Source: Octopus sinensis
Lineage: Eukaryota
Length of the DNA stretch: 64,000 nucleotides
Assembly: GCF_006345805.1 (NCBI RefSeq)
Contig: NC_043018.1
Span: forward strand, 23,622,001-23,686,000
Direction of reading: 5' to 3'
A model generated the notes under the pieces. The model saw nothing but the letters and a program-made list of their open reading frames with translations. It was not told the origin of the DNA and did not search any database. Positions within the stretch are counted from its first letter, which is position 1, and every line of letters starts with the position of its first letter. This document shows positions 11,985-24,748 of this stretch, piece after piece. Position numbers and translations under genes: made by a program.

Positions 11985-12600
11985 CATCATCATCATCATC
12001 ATCGTTTAACGTCCTTTTTCCGCGCTAGCACGGGTTGGACGGTTCGACCGGGGTCTGGGGAGCCAGGGGCTGCCCCAGGCTCCAGTCTGATCTGGCAGTG
12101 TTTCTACAGCTGGATGCCCTTCTTAACGCCAACCACTCCGCGAGTGTAGTGAGTGCTTTTTACGTGCCACCTGCACAGGTGCCAGAGGGGTCTGGCATCG
12201 GCCACGATCAGTTGGTGCTTTTTTTTTTTTTTTTTGTGCTACCAGCACAGAAGCCAGTCAAGGTGGTGCTGGCATCGGTCACGTTCGGATGGTGCTTTTT
12301 TATGTGCCACCGGCACAGAAGCCAGTGGAGGCTGCACTAGCAACGGCCACGTTCGGATGGTGCTTTTTATGTGTCACCGGCACAGGTATCACAACTACTA
12401 CTGTTTCCATTGATATTTGGTTCGATGTTCATGTACATGCACTTGCTCAACAGGTCTCCTCAAGCACAGTGAGATGTTCCGGGATCCCACGATCGGTTGG
12501 TGCTTTTTATGTGCCACCGGCACAGAAGCCAGTCGGGGCGGTGCTGGCATCGGCCACGTTCGGATGTTGCTTTTTATGTGCCACCGGCACAGAAGAATGA
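11985..12600 (-). mobile_element. RTE 3'-tail element (type D) with internal ~60-bp tandem subrepeats
   Basis: Ends in (gat)n tail; ggaagggcatccagctgtagaaac motif; repeated tgctttttatgtgccaccggcacagaagccagt; many shorter copies elsewhere (2395-2640, 3950-4115, 14695-14930, 35585-36200, 47500-47960). Confidence 0.75.
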
Positions 12601-12855
12601 TGGGCTTAAATACCTAAGTATAGATTACACAGCCAATCTACCTAAATATTCACACAGCTTTTGTAACTTGATAATTTACTCATGTTCTGTTACCCTAATA
12701 AATTACAAACACTCACCTTACCTCAGTGACTTAAACAGACTCTGTACCAATATAATTTATACACTCACTATGCCCCTATTTCTATAAGGTGCTTACACAC
12801 ACACTATGCCTGAACTTACAGCTATCATAAATTCCTTCTGTAACTCATACTACTA

Positions 12856-13373
12856 CCGTAAATCCTCGTGTATAATCCACATTTTTTCCCAAAATTTAAA
12901 GGTCAAAATCCCTAGTGCGTACTATATACGAGGTTAAAAATGAAAAATATTTTCTAAGCAGTGTCCGAGTCTTTATTTGCTGTCCAGCAATGTTTATTCA
13001 GATGCATTTTGTGATGTCGGGCGCGAAAATACATTAAGCTAAGCCTGAAAGCAATGGAGTCATAAAAGAATCATCCATAACTTGCAGTAAGCAACATTTA
13101 TTAAAATAAAAGTATTCAGAACACAGAATAACATGTAACAAAAACAATTTGCAAACATTTTTACATTTTCATATAACAGTTAAGAACATCAGTACTGTAT
13201 TACGCATGCGCGGAAGTGTTTGTTTGACTAGGTACTGCTGGCTTAATTACACATGACCCAAGTTAGAGAAGGAGTGAGTATTATACACAAGGTTTAGGTT
13301 TTTCGGAAGTACAACCCCCTAAAAATCCCCTGCGTATTATACTCAAGGGCGGACTATACTCGAGGATTTACGG
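12856..13373. mobile_element. Tc1/mariner-superfamily (pogo/Tc2-like) MITE, 518 bp
   Basis: TIRs CCGTAAATCCTCGTGTATA / TATACTCGAGGATTTACGG (1 mismatch), TA duplication on both sides, no ORF. Confidence 0.85.
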
Positions 13374-13480
13374 TACTCTCTTTGATTTCTATAATATACA
13401 TTCAAACAGCAAACTGTTGTCAATAAAACCTTGAACCATTTCACATATTCTTCACATTGAACATTTTCAAACATTCTCAC

Positions 13481-14258
13481 CTTTGCTGAAGATCTTTGTC
13501 AAGGTCCTCATACTGCGTAAACTGCCGAGTTTCCAGAAGATTTGGACACTTTTTGATTTGATGATCGGTTGATTTGACATGGCATAAGGTTTCACTGTTT
13601 TCTAGGAAACCTGGTGGAATGATGGTATTGCATTCATACTCTACGACCCAATTGTCAGATGCGCTTTTCTGGATAGGCCTCAAATACGTTATTCCTGACA
13701 TCCCAGAATTGTCTTGGAAGACATCTTTTAAGACAATAGCTGCTGGGTGTTGCTCAGTGTCTTCAACAAAGTCGTTGACTACATTCTTGTTTAACAATTC
13801 ATCTACGCAGCCGTCACGGTGTAGAATAAAATACCTTGGACTATGCTGGATGCCCTCACGAAATTTATCGTTATTATTGTTTTCACTTGTCTCTTTCACG
13901 ATTTCTTTCTCGCCCTTGTAATTGACATAAAAAGCGTTGCCTTTGGTGTCTGTTGTCTCACAGATGATGTTGGAATTGTGTTTGAAGTAGTAGGTACTTT
14001 CAGTTGGTGGGTTGGATCTGCTCTGTTGATTTTCACCATTGACATTTGTATAAATGAAGGACCCATCTAAACCCAATTTCAACATCTCAGATGTTAAAGA
14101 ACTTCCAAACAGCATACGCAAAAACCCATTTGAGAACACATTAATGATGGTACCATTGCCAACCATAGTATGGTTCTCCTGAGTTTTAATATTGAATTTG
14201 ATTGTAGCAAAACTGGGACATTCTACCATGGCAAACATGGCCATAGTGATGTTCTCAT
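13481..14258 (-). CDS. SPAG17: SPAG17 large exon (phase 1 to 2, 778 nt)
   Basis: Acceptor ttgtacattccag|AT, donor CAAAG|gtgaga; VECPSFATIKF...GNGTII...TDTKGNAFYV...HSPRYFILHRDG...GITYLRP...IIPPGF...ETRQFTQY. Confidence 0.92.
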
Positions 14259-14358
14259 CTGGAATGTACAAGAGGAATAGTTTTGTATTAAATTTGGAAC
14301 CAAGAGTACAATAACAAAGAACACTGATACCATATTCACAAGACAAGAACAACAACAT

Positions 14359-14418
<60 letters not shown>

Positions 14419-14956
14419 CGCTTTCACATACACATTCAAGTGTATCATATTCATAAAGCACTTTGACAACATCATGAAACACACACAACATTAACACAAG
14501 CACACATTCACAAAAGCATAGACAACATTGTCAGACACACAGACATTATCAAACACACACAGACAACATTATCAAACAGAGATAGCATTATCAAAAAATG
14601 TGGATGTTAAAAACAATGACAATGATTGATCGGCTGATTGATTGATTGATTGATTGATCAATTGACTGACAGATAAGCAAACAGTCATCATCATTCATCA
14701 TTTAATGTCCATCTTCCATGCATGCCTGGGTAGGACAGATGACAGGAGCCAGCAAGATGGAGGACAACCCCAGGCTACTGTCTGTTTTGGCAGGGTTTAT
14801 ACAGCTGGATGCCCTTCCTAACACCAACCACTCTACAGAGTGGACTCGGTGCTTTTTACATGGCACTAGTACAGACGAGGTTAGTTTTGGCTTGAATTTT
14901 GCATCTGGATGCCCTTCCAAAAGTGTGGTTAGTCATGCAGTCATATTTTGCATTAT

Positions 14957-15167
14957 ACTCTTTACTCTTTTACTTGTTTCAGTCACTTGACTGCGACCAT
15001 GCTGGAGCACCGCCTTTAGTCGAGCAAATCGACCTTTGGACTTATTCTTTGTAAGCCCAGTACTTATTCTATCAGTCTCTTTTGCCGAACCACTAAGTGA
15101 CGGGGACGTAAACACACCAGCATCGGTTGTCAAGCAATGCTAGGGGGACAGACACAGACACACAAAC

Positions 15168-15198
<31 letters not shown>

Positions 15199-15386
15199 CA
15201 TATACATACATACATACATATATATGATGGGCTTCTTTCAGTTTCCGTTTACCAAATCCTCTCACAAGGCTTTGGTTGGCCCAAGGCTATAGTAGAAGAC
15301 ACTTGCCCAAGGTGCCATGCAGTAGGACTGAACCCGGAATCATGTGGTTGGTAAGCAAGCTACTTACCACACAGCAACTCCTGTGC
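14957..15386 (-). mobile_element. SINE type A (tRNA head, accttgggcaagt CORE-like motif, internal (TA)n/(TG)n)
   Basis: Most abundant SINE in the window; other copies at 21910-22580, 23683-23990, 34645-35460 (tandem pair), 37075-37485, 51415-51840, 52215-52585, 52750-53180, 53385-53810. Confidence 0.88.
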
Positions 15387-15538
15387 CTATGCATATAAAT
15401 ATAGGATTTGAGGTTACAGTTACATCTTTTGTTATTCTTATGCTTGTTGCCATGGAAATAGGCTTGCCATCATCTCCTCCAATTTTGCTGGGAATGATAG
15501 AAAGCGTCGCCTGGCAGCAGACAATATATTTATACGCA

Positions 15539-15688
15539 TAAGTAGCTTGCTAACCAACCACATGGTTCCGGGTTCAGTCCCACTGCGTGGCATCTTGGGC
15601 AAGTGTCTTCTGCTATAGCCCCGGGCTGACCAATGCCTTGTGAGTGGATTTGGTAGACGGAAACTGAAAGAAGCCTGTCGTATATATG

Positions 15689-15721
<33 letters not shown>

Positions 15722-15922
15722 TTGTGTGTCTGTGTTTGTCCCCCTAGCATTGCCTGAAAACCGATGCTGGTGTGTTTACGTCCCCGTCACTTAGCGGTTC
15801 GGCAAAAGAGACCGATAGAATAAGTACTGGGCTTACAAAGAATAAGTTCCGGGGTCGATTTGCTCGACTAAAGGCGGTGCTCCAGCATGGCCGCAGTCAA
15901 ATGACTGAAACAAGTAAAAGAG
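15539..15922 (+). mobile_element. SINE type A, inverted relative to 14957-15386
   Basis: Near-identical sequence in the opposite orientation, about 150 bp away. Confidence 0.88.
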
Positions 15923-16042
15923 AAAAAAAAAAAAGAGCGTATTCACAGGAGAATGCATATAAATATGCAAACACATACACATATATACATACATACATAC
16001 ACACAGACATATACACACATGATTATATATAAGTAAACGTAC

Positions 16043-16187
16043 AGTTTGAATAACTAGTTTTACAGTTTTCAGTCATATAAACTTTTTCAAAATAAGAAGT
16101 GATTCTGGTGCCATCCTGATGTTCCACGGTGGTCTTCCCACTCGGTTCGCTGATCAATATCACATTGTCATCTCTGGTCATCATTGT
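16043..16187 (-). CDS. SPAG17: SPAG17 exon (phase 0 to 1, 145 nt)
   Basis: Acceptor cctcttttacag|ACA, donor AACT|gtacgt; TMMTRDDNVILISEPSGKTTVEHQDGTRITSYFEK..., the hallmark SPAG17 TR.D.V......G...V.H.DGTRIT motif (recalled). Confidence 0.92.
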
Positions 16188-16368
16188 CTGTAAAAGAGGA
16201 TTCCAAAATAACTCATTCAGTGACCATTCACCAAAATTTGTACCATTATTAATTTTGTTTTTCAATTTTTCGGCATCAATAAAATAAGTAGCAGTTGAAC
16301 ACTATGACCAATATAACCGACCTGCCCGCTTCCTTGAAATTGCTGGCCTTGTGCCAAAATTTGAAACA

Positions 16369-16400
<32 letters not shown>

Positions 16401-17299
16401 TATATATATAGGACTGAGGTAACTCCTCCAGAAGATATAAAAGCAAAATTAGAAGTGTGCCATTGTTATCAAGTGAACTTGATAACAATGGCACTCTTCT
16501 ATTTTTGCAGCTATTATTATTATTATTATTGAGTGAAAGAGCAATGCATGCCATCAAAGTGATACTGAGGTACAAATATATGATACCCGTCTGATAAGGG
16601 TACACCAGGCACATGCATCATACGTGCATGACATGGTGACCTTATATCAAGATAAACAACACATGACCTTGCAGGTGGGGGCTCGGTTAGAAATTTCTTC
16701 AGGTTGAGTAGACCATCCTGAATGAGGGTTGTTGAAGGATGATGAACAAAACATCCATGTTTCCCATGTCATCATCATCATTATTATTATTATTATTATT
16801 AGGCGGTAAGCTGGCAGAATCGTTAGCATGCTGGGTGAAATGCTTAGCGGTATTTCACCCGTTGCTGCGTTCTAAGTTCAAATTGCACTGAGGTCGACTT
16901 TGCCTTTCATCCTTTCGGGATCAATAAATTAAGTACCAGCCAAGTACTGGAGTTAATGTGATCAATTGTCCCTCTCCCCACAAAAATCCAGGCCTTGTGC
17001 CTATGTAGAAAGGATGATTATTATTATTATTGAGTGAGAGAGCAGTGCATACCATCAAAGTGACACGGGTAAAATATACAAGGCCCAGTATACCCATCGT
17101 GACTACCCGTCTGATAAGGGTGAAATGCTTGGTGGCATTTAGTCTGTCTTTGAGCTCTGAGATCAAATTCTGCCAAGGTCAACCTTGCCTTTCATCCTTT
17201 TGGGGTTAATAAAATATATCCCAGTTGAGTACTGAGGCTGACGTAATCAATTTATCCCCTCCCCAAAAATTGCAAGCCTTGTGCTAAGATATTGTGTGT

Positions 17300-17343
<44 letters not shown>

Positions 17344-17391
17344 GAAAGGGAGAGAGAGAGAGAGAAACAATGCAAATGAAGAAAAACTTAC

Positions 17392-17569
17392 CTGTCCAGA
17401 TTTTACATCTGATTTCATACTGAACAAGACTTTCGGCAGATATTCCTTTTTGCCACCGGGTACAAAATAACTTTCTGACCATTTGATTGAATGACTGTCC
17501 ACTTCATAGTTTTCAAGTCCAGTTTTTCAATCTCACAGGTCAGTGAAACTATATTAAGGTCAGCAATGT
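17392..17569 (-). CDS. SPAG17: SPAG17 exon with apparent 1-bp deletion (178 nt; 179 needed)
   Basis: Acceptor caacattcag|AC, canonical donor CAG|gtaagt; first frame ...MKWTVIQSNGQKVILY, second frame GGKKEYLPKVLFSMKSDVKSGQ, which joins TMMTRDD of the next exon. Confidence 0.8.
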
Positions 17570-18106
17570 CTGAATGTTGATTGATAAAAATAAAAAGAAT
17601 AGAACAACAATTAGAAAACAAACAAAACATTTATTATATTGTAAAAAAATATTTTGAAAATTCAAGTTTGAATTTTAGACATTTTTAGTCAACTCCACTT
17701 GTAAAAGGTAATGTGTGTGGTAAGAAGTTTGTTTCATAACTACATGGTTCTGGGTTCAGTCCCACTGCATGGCACCTTGGGAAAGTGTCTTCTTCCATAG
17801 CCTTGGGCCAACCAAAGCCTTGTGAGTGGATTTGGTAGATGAAAACTAAAAGAAGTTCACCTTGTGTGTGTGTGTGTGTCTTTATGACTGTGTTTGTGCC
17901 CACCACTTGACAACCGGTGCTGGTGTATTTACATTCCCATAACTTAGTGGTTCGGCAAAAGAGATCCGATGGCATAACTACCTGGCTTTGAAAAAATAAA
18001 TACTGGAGTCGATACATTCAACCAAAAATTCTTTAAGATAGTGCTTCAACATGGCCACAGTCAAATGACTGAAACAAGCAAAAGAATAAATGTGTGCGTG
18101 TGTATG

Positions 18107-18148
<42 letters not shown>

Positions 18149-18489
18149 ATATAATATATATATTTAGTGTAGGAAGAAATGGTGCTGAATGAAGATTTAA
18201 CAAAATTCCTTTATATTATTTTCTACATATGTTTCAAAGGCTGCAAAGTCCCTAATTCGGATTGAATAAGGAGACCATTTTGCAGCCTTCTCTTCCATTT
18301 CTTCCTACACTAAATATATAAACTTCAAATTTCCGCACTAAGGCACGGGTTTGAGACCCCATGGTCGTAACCTCAACCGTGATTTTTCTGTTGTGATTTT
18401 TGCTACCCAGGTATCGGTTATCTTTTGAATAATCCGTAACAAGATAATTCATTTATCCATTTCAATAATATATATATATATATATAAAG

Positions 18490-18900
18490 TTAATGCAAAC
18501 AAGAAAACAAAAAACAAAAAAACACAACAACGCAAGGACGTGGAACAAATAAAGTATTATTGGATGCTCAGGAAAGAAGGGAAGAAGGAGGGTTTAACGT
18601 TTCGAGCAGAGCTCTTCGTTGGAAACATAGGAGAAGGAAAGATCCAGAGAAGGGAAGAGGGAGGAAAAAAAAAAAAAGAAATATAGCTTGTATTTGTATT
18701 TGGCTTGCAAAATTCTTGATGTGAATTCGTGTGTTGAAAGAAAAACTATTGAACCATGGAAATGGAAGTAGAGAGACATGTCCCTGAAGAGATTGCAACA
18801 ATGCGACGGAATAATTGACAAAAACAGAAATGACAACAGCAACAGGACTGGACATTTGAACGATTGACTGTTTGACCAAAGTGTTTGACATAGGAGTTTG
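18490..18900. mobile_element. Unclassified interspersed repeat, possibly Penelope-like (related stretch at 36270-36400)
   Basis: gcttgcaaaattcttgatgtgaattcgtgtgttgaaa at ~18700 resembles gtttgcaagattttttctgtgaattcgcgtgttgaaa at ~36290; class is a guess. Confidence 0.35.
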
Positions 18901-20569
18901 AAAAACTAATAAAAAAACGGCTGATCAATAAATTGGTTAACGAAGTAACTGTGTGTGGTGGAAGCACTCCGTCGGTTACGACGACGAGGGTTCCGGTTGA
19001 TCCGAATCAACGGAACAGTCTGCTCGTGAAATTAACGTGTAAGTGGCTGAGCACTCCACAGACACGTGTACCCTTAACGTAGTTCTCGGGGATTTTCAGC
19101 GTGACACAGAGAGTGACAAGGCCGGCCCTTTGAAATACAGGTACAACACAAAAACAGGAAGTAAGAGTGAGAGAAAGTTGTGGTAAAAGAGTACAGCAGG
19201 GATCACCACCATCCCCTGCTGGAGCCTCGTGGAGCTTTAGGTGTTTTCGCTCAATAAACACTCACAACGCCCAGTCTGGGAATCGAAACCGCGAGTCCGC
19301 TGCCCTAACCACTGGGCCATTGCGCCTCCCCAACAGAGTAACTAACCCATTAACTAACAACAATAAAGGACCAAACCGGTGCATTAATTCTAGAACCCCC
19401 TATATTTACTCATCCAACTAAACAGGGGGAGGAAACACAGAGGTGAGGGACTAATTGCAGGTGGTGAGTGTAACTTCCAGAAGTGCTCATGCAGTCAAAC
19501 TCAAATGGCTGTAAGTCACAATAGCAATTTGTTGTTTTGTATGAACATTTTCATTATATAGTTCAGACATGGATGACATAGAAAGCAGACATGCTGCCAG
19601 GCACGTCTGAGGAATGGATGAATGAGTTAATTGTGTCTTTACCCAGCCACACACACACACACACGGCCCAGTGGTGTGCAGGATGGTAACATGAAGCATC
19701 GACAAAAATTCTAATGTTCTTCTCATTTCCTCAACCAAAGTGGACAAAAAGGGTTTCATGAAATATTATACGGTACTTATGCGTAAGTAGTGTCGATATT
19801 TTATTGTCAGAAAATGGCCCAAAACAGAGATAAAACCCAGTCTAGTATACTCAAATCTGATTAATCTGAGGGGTCATAGTTGGCATCGGAAGTTTTTTTT
19901 AGTCAACACAATTCAAGTAGCCTGATTAATGGTTGTTGCAAATTTGGAGGAAAGCGACTGGATACTCTTCAAGTTGCAGGCCTTAACACTGTGAAAATGC
20001 TTTAAAATGTAGTTTTTCTGCCCCCGGGCCCACATATTACCTTACTTGGGAAGAGGTAAGACATGGTGACAGAAAGGGTATCTGGCTGTAGAAAATCTGA
20101 CTCAAAAGATTCCATCTGATCCATGCAAGCATGGAAAAAATGGATGTGTAACGATGATAATGATGCCGGATCTACATTTTAAATTTGATTTGGTACTTAC
20201 ATATCTACAGTATCTTACCAACACTTGATAACTTCATTATTGTCTTACCTCGCTGAGAACCCTATGTTATAGTACCTAGCCATTTCTTGCATCCTACATG
20301 TTGATGGGCCTAGATTCTATTGAATTATATTATTTATACACACACACACACATACACAATGTAGAGTTTGTGTCTACCAAACTGACACACCAGGTTTTGG
20401 TTGGCATGGAGCTATAGTAGAAGACACATGCCCCATGTTCCACACAGTGGAGCTGAACCCAAAAACCATATGATTGGGAAACAAACTCCTTGCCACACAG
20501 CCACATTTGTACTATTTTAATAAACATGAAAATATTGAGGAACAGACAAATGGATAGAGAGATAAATAC

Positions 20570-20648
20570 CACTTTTCTCTGCGATATGCATAACTTGTTT
20601 CTCAGTGGCAAATTCCCCATGAGCCACAGTGCCATCAGCGTGGAGTAC
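20570..20648 (-). CDS. SPAG17: SPAG17 exon (phase 0 to 1, 79 nt; donor less certain)
   Basis: Acceptor tttgtctattacag|GTA; VLHADGTVAHGEFATEKQVMHIAEKS (VL.ADG.V motif); donor AGTG|gtattt. Confidence 0.75.
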
Positions 20649-20784
20649 CTGTAATAGACAAACATAATGACTTAGTTATCATCATTATCATGTGCAATGT
20701 TAATACGAGTCATTCCTAGTTAGGTATCTTATATAAGAATGGTATAAGGATTTTAAACTGGATGATCGTGAGCAGCCATGTGTC

Positions 20785-21395
20785 AGTGGGTAGAGAGTCA
20801 CAAGCTGACTGAGGAGTCATATGATAGTGAGTAGGGGGATCATAACTGAGGAAGTGGGTAGAGAGTCACAAACTGATTAAGGAGTCATATGATGCCAGGT
20901 AGAAAGTCACAGCTGACTGAAGAGTCATATGATGTTGGGTAGTGAGTCACAGTTGACTGAGGAGCCATATGATGTTAGGTAGAGAGTCACAGTTGACTGA
21001 GGAGCCATATGATGTTAGGTAGAGAGTCACGGCTGACTGAGGAGTTATATGAGACTGGCTAGAGAGTCACAGCTAACTGAGAGTCACAGTTGATTAAGAA
21101 ATCATACAACGTTGGGCAGTGAATCACAACTGGCTGAGGAGTCGTATGGTGTTAGGTAGATTAAGCTGATTAAGAAGTCATGTGATGTTGGATAGAGAGT
21201 CACAAATGGGTGAGCAGTCATGTAACAGTGAGTAGAGGGTGATATATGACTGAGCAGTTACGTAACAGCTGGTAGATAGTCATAACTGACTGAGGTGTCA
21301 ATATGACAGAGGGGAGAGAGTGACTAATGACTGAACAGTCAGATACCAGTGGGTAGAGTCACTACTAAGTGTGCAGTCATGTGACAGTAGGTAGC
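20785..21395. repeat. Degenerate ~40-bp minisatellite (tagagagtcacagttgactgaggagccatatgatgttagg), about 15 units
   Basis: Period clearest at 20940-21060, decaying outward; unit contains inverted AGTCA/TGACT. Confidence 0.85.
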
Positions 21396-22348
21396 CGCAT
21401 AGATTAGGATTAACCCTTTTGAAACCAACTTGCTAGAGCCCACCCCCGATTCAATGATACAAATTACCTAAATAATCTAAATTATTGGTTTCAAATACTG
21501 GAACAAGCTGACAGATTTGTTAAGACATTTGGCAAAATGCTTAGCCGCATTTATTCTTGCTCCTTATATTCTGAGCTCAAATCCTGCAGAAGTAAACTTT
21601 GCCTTTCATCGTTTTAGGGTCAATGATGAAAGGCAAAATTTACATCACCAGATTTTGGATTCAGAACATAGACAGACTAAATGCCACTAAGCATTTTGCC
21701 CAGCATGCTAACGATTCTACCAGCTTCGTCATCATCATTATCATCATTTAAAATCCGTTTTCCATGCTGGCATGGGTTGGACAGTCTGAGAGTGGCTGGC
21801 TAGACAGAAGACTGCTTTAAATTATCTAAATTATTACAAATTATTATCTAAATTATAATCTTCTGTCAAAATTTGATGTTAATTTATGTTTCAAACACCC
21901 GCTTACTGGTGCAGGAGTGGCTGTGAGGTAAGTAGCTTGCTTACCAACCACATGGTTCCGGGTTCAGTCCCACTGCGTGGCACCTTGGGCAAGTGTCTTC
22001 TGCTATAGCCCCGGGTCGACCAATGCCTTGTGAGTGGATTTGGTAGACGGAAACTGAAAGAAGCCTGTCATATGTATGTATGTATATATATGTGTGTGTG
22101 TGTGTGTCTGTGTTTGTCTCCCTAGCATTGCTTGACAACCGATGCTGGTGTGTTTACGTCCCCGTCACTTAGCGGTTCGGCAAAAGAGACCGATAGAATA
22201 AGTAGCTAGCTAACCAACTACATGGTTCCGGGTTCAGTCCCACTGCGTGGCATCTTGGGCAAGTGTCCTCTGCTATAGCCCCGGGCCGACCAATGCCTTG
22301 TGAGTGGATTCGGTAGACGGAAACTGAAAGAAGCCTGTCGTATATATG

Positions 22349-22381
<33 letters not shown>

Positions 22382-22708
22382 GTGTCTGTGTTTGTCCCCC
22401 TAGCATTGCTTGACAACCGATGCTGGTGTGTTTACGTCCCCGTCACTTAGCGGTTCGGCAAAAGAGACCGATAGAATAAGTACTGGACTTACAAAGAATA
22501 AGTCCCGGGGGTCGATTTGCTCGACTAAAGGCGGTGCTCCAGCATGGCCGCAGTCAAATGACTGAAAAGAGTAAAAGAGAGTTACTAATGATAAAGTGAT
22601 TTTAAATCCTTCATTATTTTCAAAGTTAACTGAAAGAAATGCAGTTTATTTCAACAGGAATTTGGAAACAAATGGTTTAAAAGACAAAGTGAAGAAATAG
22701 GAGATTAC

Positions 22709-22872
22709 ATGGTATTTTCCATTTTTCATTTTCTTAATAACAGTTCCATTAGGCAACACAGTTCTCCGTTCTTCAAGGTAACAATGTTCGTTTCGTATCA
22801 GTTCACAAGGTTGAAGTCCTTTGCTATTAAAGGGGAAACTCTGCCTCACAACCAGGTAATCATCGTTATTCA
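22709..22872 (-). CDS. SPAG17: SPAG17 exon (phase 1 to 0, 164 nt)
   Basis: Acceptor tttcttattgcag|TG, donor CAT|gtaatc; NNDDYLVVRQSFPFNSKGLQPCELIRNEHCYLEERRTVLPNGTVIKKMKNGKYH (VRQS.P...G.Q.CE...GTVIK.M motif, recalled). Confidence 0.9.
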
Positions 22873-23254
22873 CTGCAATAAGAAATAAACAAAGAAATAC
22901 CTGACTAACTCTAATTTTAAAAAAAAAGTTTGTTACCTATTTTATCGGTCTCTTTGACAAACTACTGAGTCATAGGAATGTAAACAAACCAACACCAGTT
23001 GTCAAACAATGGTGGGTGACAAACAACATAAACACAAAGGCACACACAATGGGCTTCCTCACAGTTACTGTCAACCAAATTTTCTCACAAGGCATTGGTT
23101 GGCCCAGGGCTTATAGAAAAAAAGACACTTGCTCAAGGTACCACACAGTGGAACTGAACTAGAAAGTACATGGTTGTAAAGCAAGCTTCTTAACCACACA
23201 GCCATAAGCCAATAAGTGAGTGTCTCTGCAGTTACTTGCTAAATACAGCAGCCA

Positions 23255-23550
23255 AGTCTCCCTCAAAAACAACAGCCCGTTGTCTTATCTATTTATCCGC
23301 TCAGTCGAAGTCGACTCTCGGTTACTCCATGGATCAGCGTCCTCCAGTCAGTTCTATCCTGGGCTGCTTCTTTCAGACTGGCTATGTCCATTCTGGTTTC
23401 ACTCTTGATGGGGTCAAGCCAGCGGGTTCTTGGTCGGCCTCTTCCTCTCTTGCCACTGACCATTCCGAGCACGATATCCTTCTCCAGGGATTTTCTCCTC
23501 ATAATATGACCAAAATATGCCAATCTATGCTTGTCTTACAAGAATGTAAA
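23255..23550 (-). mobile_element. RTE/BovB-like LINE 3' end
   Basis: YFGHIMRRKSLEKDIVLGMVSGKRGRGRPRTRWLD...AAQDRTDWRTLIHGVTESRLRLSG*. Confidence 0.88.
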
Positions 23551-23886
23551 ACAGAACATGATACATTATGTAGTTTGAGCTACATTGTGCCTGGAAACAG
23601 AACAGCACAGTCACTACTAGAAATCCTCTGGCCATCGGGCTGCTCAATCAAGACTAATAGGAAGTTAAACAACAATACCCTTTTTACTCTTTTACTTGTT
23701 TCAGTCATTTGACTGCGGCCATGCTGGAGCACCGCCTTTAGTCGAGCAAATCGACCCTGGGACTTATTCTTTGTAAGCCCAGTACTTATTCTATCAGTCT
23801 CTTTTTGCCGAACCGCTAAGTGACGGGGACGTAAACACACCAGCATCGGTTGTCAAGCAATGCTAGGGGGACAAACACAGACACAC

Positions 23887-23921
<35 letters not shown>

Positions 23922-24748
23922 CATATATACGACAGGCTTCTAACCATGTAGTTGGTTAGCTAGCTACTCACCACACAGCCACTCCTGCGCCAATGATGAC
24001 AATATATTTAGAACAAAAAACCTGCACCTGTGATTCTATCACCAATGTATTCCATGGTATACAAGAACCTGCACTACATACTCACCATATACAAACTCAA
24101 TGCTACGCAAAATATGCTGTCTTTGAGATATCATGTTCATACAAGCATTTCTGTTTGTTCTTACATCTGTTTTCACGTGCTAGCATGAGTTAGCTGAATA
24201 TATCATTGAGGTATTGTTTTATAGCCAGATGCCCTTCTGGTCACTAACTCTTACCTGTTTTTCAAATAAAGGATCGTTTTTCTTCCCCATGTCATTGAAA
24301 GCTCAAATCCAGTGGAAGATTTGTGGATAGATAGAATAACAACAATGCCAGTGTTCGCATAAACACACATTGTGGTCATCCATACATACAGGCATGTCTT
24401 TTGCAGGTGTCAGTGCCACATAAAATGCACTTGTGCCAGAGCTGCATCAACACACCCATGCTGGTGGCACATAAAATACTGCCCAGTGCATTCTGTAAAG
24501 TGGCTGGCATTAGGAAGGGCATCCAACCATAGAAACCATACCAAAGCAGACAACTGGACAGCTCCCTGGCTGGCCAGCTCCTGTCCAAACCATCCAACCC
24601 ATGTCAGCATGGAAAACAGACATATGATGATACAACACTGATGCATAAAATGTATACTACATCGAATGTGTAGTACATATAGATTATTAGCTGTGAATTT
24701 ACAATTCAAAATCACAAATGAACTAGTGTTGAGGGTTCTTACACTTAC

